In this document: positions 60,601 through 64,000 of the stretch, in pieces
Layout: each line of letters begins with the position of its first letter
How positions within the stretch are numbered: position 1 is the first letter of the stretch
DNA from: Vezdaea acicularis
Taxonomy: Eukaryota
DNA length: 64,000 nt
Reading direction: 5' to 3'
Assembly: GCA_026025075.1 (NCBI GenBank)
Contig: JAPEUI010000085.1
Span: 1 to 64,000, forward strand
Program-made: the position numbers and the translations under genes
The notes under the pieces: model-generated
The model's input: the letters and a program-made list of their open reading frames with translations, nothing else
Database searches by the model: none
Told to the model about the DNA's origin: nothing

Positions 60601-61418
60601 TAGAGAAGGTGGCCGATGCCGATGCTAGGGGCAACAAGGGATGGGCGGCCCTAAGAGGGGCAGCTCAGGGAGGGCACGAGGCCGTGATGCGGCTGCTGCT
60701 GGAGAATGGAACCGACATCGAAGCCAGCAACAACCAAGGATTTACGGCCCTATCTTGGGCAGCTGAGAGAGGGCACGAGGCCGTGGTGCGGCTGCTGCTG
60801 GAGAACCGAGCCGACATCGAAGCCAACAACAACCACGGATTCACGGCCCTATCTTTGGCAGCTGAGAGAGGGCACGAGACCGTGGTGCGGCTGCTGCTGG
60901 AGAACGGAGCCGACATCGAAGCCAAGGACGACGATGGGGGGACGGCTCTATGCAGAGCGGCTAACGAAGGGCACGAGACCGTGGTGCAGCTGCTGCTGGA
61001 GAAAGGGGCCAACGTCGATGCTAGGGGCAGCTACGGAGGGACGGCTCTATGCGGAGCGGCTAACGAAGGGCACGAGGCCGTGGTGCGTCTGCTGTTGGAG
61101 AACGGGGCCGACGTCAATGCCAGGGGCCGCGACGGAATGACGGCACTAGAAGGGGCGGCTTGGAGAGGGCACGAGGCCGTGGTGCGGCTGCTGCTGGAGA
61201 ATGGAGCCAACGTCGAAGCCAGGGACGACGAGGGAAGGACGGCCATATTTATGGCGGCCAGGGAAGGGCATGAGGCCGTGGTATGGATGCTACTAGAGAA
61301 CGGAGCCGACGTCGATGCTAGGGACAGCTACGGAAGGACGGCCCTATACCTCGCAGCACGGAGAGGGCATGAGGCTGTGATGCGGCTGCTGAGCTCAATA
61401 TCAACACACAACACTTAA
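57604..61418 (+). CDS. Fungal NLR-like protein: SesB-like alpha/beta hydrolase - NACHT - ankyrin repeats (7 exons)
   Basis: Spliced N domain DIIAVHGLG..WT..WL..LLP...ARIFTFGYES..RPLIFIGHSFGGVVIEQ|AL..GIVFLGTPHRG..CFFE..TDHLMINKF; NACHT GTCEW, Walker A GGPGTGKT, YFFCD, Walker B ILLDALDEC, LITSRP, GTFLW; 11 ANK repeats. Confidence 0.92.
60411..61392 (+). repeat. 99-bp coding tandem repeats (ankyrin array of the NLR)
   Basis: GGGCACGAG(G/A)CCGTGGTGCGGCTGCTGCTGGAGAA recurs every 99 nt; abrupt GC increase relative to the NACHT region. Confidence 0.95.
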
Positions 61419-62179
61419 CACTCCACCACCCGGCCCAACCGACCCAACTCTACGACAGTTAGGCGGCTTTTATATTCGGCCCAATTGGCTATTATTAAAT
61501 GAGTATGCCGCCGGCTATGACTTAAGGCCGCGCCTAGCTCCCCTCCCCGTCGAATTTGGCTGACTGCCTTCTAAACCGACGGAAGGTACTCCAATTCGTC
61601 GTTGTAGACGGGAATATGATGACAGTTGAGAGATATTGCGATGCAAGTTTCGCCGTCTACAAATGGCTGCCCTCATTTTCACGAACCCTCCGCCATCTAT
61701 AGCTACCGTTGTAAGCCTTGTCAACCCGTCTCGTCATGGCCGTTCTATTAATGTACTGAAGTGTCTTGAGCACTTGTGCAATAGGGGGGAAAGGTCGGCC
61801 AGGGGAGTTGCTCGGTCTGGTGTGTTTGCCTATTTGGGGAAGGGGGGGATGTGTTCAACCCCTATGACTATGAATACGACACGGAGAAGTTCAAAAGTCT
61901 TTCGTTGTCAACGGGTTGTGCAGTCATGCGCTCAATGTCAGGCGACCGCGAGCAACTGCTCATCCCAAATGGTGATGCTTCCTTTGTATGGATATAGGGG
62001 GTTATGACAAAAGATAGGTTGCAGCAGGAGGCCATACACCGCATTGATGGCGAGGTCATTGAGAAAACGAGTTACTTTGATTTCTGCACACCCAGATCGA
62101 AGTATGAAATCAACTATTCCAAAGCCACCCAAGTGCAGAGACTCGCATAAAACCACTATACCTCCCATGAACGATCCCT

Positions 62180-64000
62180 TCAAAGCCCGCCGACACCCGC
62201 TTTTGCCCCTTCAAGTTCCCTCGCCAGAATCCGCTCCGTCAGCCCAACAGGATGCGCCACAGCGCCCAGTCCGTCTCGCATCTCTCTCACCACATCCTCA
62301 AGGCCCAACTGCGCGTCCGTCCAGAGCGGGTCCTGGGGCTCCGAGTCGCGCACGCCAACGCCCACAAAGCCTCCCTGCGCCGCCCATTCCGTCGTTCGCT
62401 TGATGTCGAGTTTGTCCCAGACGCCTTCGACTGCTCGGACGAGGTGCTCACGGAAGTCCTTGGTATGGCCTGGCGTAGGCGTGATACGCAGTCGCTCCTC
62501 ACCGCGGGGCACGGTCGGATAGTTTATCGCTTGGACGTAAATGCCCCATTCTTCGAGGAGGAGATCCGAGGCTTTCTTCGCGACCTCGGCGTCTCCGACT
62601 AGTAGAGGGATGATGTGGCTTGGGTTGCGCATGACGGGGATGTCTTTGCTCTCGAGCGCCTCTTTGACAGCTCGGGTGTGCAGTTGTTGGAGCCGACGGT
62701 CGCCTTGGTAGACCATTTGGTAATCGATTGCTCTCTTGGCGCCGGCCATGGTTGCGGGTGGGAGGGAGGTTGTGAAGATGAAACCCGGGGCTAGGGAGCG
62801 GATGGTGTCAATGAGGGCAGCGGAGCCGGCGATGTAACCACCCACGCAACCATAGGCCTTTCCTAAAGTTCCAGTGATGATGTCGACTCGATCCATAACG
62901 GTCCCCCTTGGCTCTCCCCGGGTATGTGCATCGTAGTCAAGGTGTTCAGCGACGCCAGCACCGTGTGGGCCATACATGCCCACGGCATGGACCTCATCGA
63001 GAAAAGTCAGGGCGCCGTATTGCTCTGCCAAATCGCAGATCTCAGAGATAGGGCCAATGGAGCCACACATGCTGTAGACGCTCTCGAAAGCGATGATCTT
63101 GGGGACGTTAGGAGGAAGGGATGCAAGCTTCGCTTCGAGGTCGACGAGGTCGTTATGCTTGAAGACAAGCTTCTTCGCGCCGCTATGTCGAATGCCTTGG
63201 ATCATACTGGCATGGTTGAGACTGTCGCTCAGGATCACACAGTCTGGTAATTTGGAGCCAAGGGTTGCAAGAGTGGCGTCGTTGGCGACATAGCACGAGG
63301 AAAAGACGAGCCCGGCTTCTTTGGCATGCAGTTTAGCTATGGTCGATTCGAGAGCGACGGCATGCTGGTTGTGCCCGGAGATGTTGCGAGTGCCGCCAGC
63401 ACCCGCGCCGTAGGTGTCGAGAGTTTCATGCATGGTCTTTAGGACATGAGGGTTGCGTCCCATTCCTAGATAGTCGTTGGAGCACCAGACCGTAACCCGT
63501 TCGTTCTTGGCCGACATATGGGCACGTGGAAACTCCTGCGCGAGACGGTTGATGTTATTGAAATAGCGATAGGATTTATCTTTGTGCTTCTTATCGAGTT
63601 CGGCGTTGTAGAAGCCCTCGTAATCAAACTTAGAGGCCGATGATGCCGAGGGAGCAGCAGCCTTGGCTTGCGACTGAGGGTTGCGCACATTCTGTCCTGG
63701 ATGCGGGAAGGGTGCTATGGAGATGTTCTAGTCAGCAAGTTGGCCTCATTTGCTTTCTTCCTTGCAATGAAGGTCGACTCTGACCACATTTGAGACTTAC
63801 GTTTTTCCTGTTGTCCGAACAAGCCGACATCCAAAGCTCTAGCCTCCTTTGCACGAGAGGTATGCAGTCGCGCCCTGCCACCAGTATACGCCCTGGCATT
63901 GCCATAGACGCTCCCAATGCTTCCACGTTTGGCACTTTGGACAGCCATGGCCTTTCCCATCACCGGGCATCTCTTCGCCACGATCTGAAGATTGGACATA
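62180..64000 (-). CDS. HEM1: 5-aminolevulinate synthase, mitochondrial (N-terminus probably beyond window edge)
   Basis: RCPVM heme-regulatory motif, [60 protein letters not shown] (PLP Lys), INYPTVP; intron ~63716-63800. Confidence 0.96.

Noticed and set aside
1..64000. tRNA, rRNA, transposase/retroelement ORFs, secondary-metabolite cluster
   Set aside because: No recognisable motifs found by eye; the biosynthetic genes present are unlinked primary-metabolism genes

Overview
Eukaryotic, intron-rich DNA from a filamentous ascomycete (Pezizomycotina-type GT-AG introns of ~50-150 nt, CTRAC/CTAAC branch points). About 27 protein genes can be reconstructed by hand. The left ~48 kb is a compact housekeeping block: NDUFA6, BUD31, RRP36, aspartate kinase, Hcm1/Sep1-type forkhead TF, eEF1B-gamma, MRPS9, calcineurin B, EPL1, a SET methyltransferase, KAE1, SNF1 beta subunit, an orphan 7-TM receptor, KIN17/RTS2, LYS9, derlin, CBF5, ERF4, ABZ1, MED6 and an atypical SDR. 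The right ~15 kb is looser and accessory-like. It holds three membrane proteins, two tandem-repeat arrays and an apparently intact fungal NLR (SesB-like alpha/beta hydrolase-NACHT-ankyrin) with near-identical, position-hypervariable ANK repeats, followed by HEM1/ALAS running off the window. Features the ORF track does not show: a box C/D snoRNA (snR38-like) in an eEF1B-gamma intron, a ~250-nt highly structured (H/ACA-like) RNA candidate in an oversized derlin intron, a GC-AG intron in BUD31, a ~150-bp satellite upstream of the NLR, and a possible decayed GNAT gene. All gene identities come from motif recognition by eye. No database searches were run.
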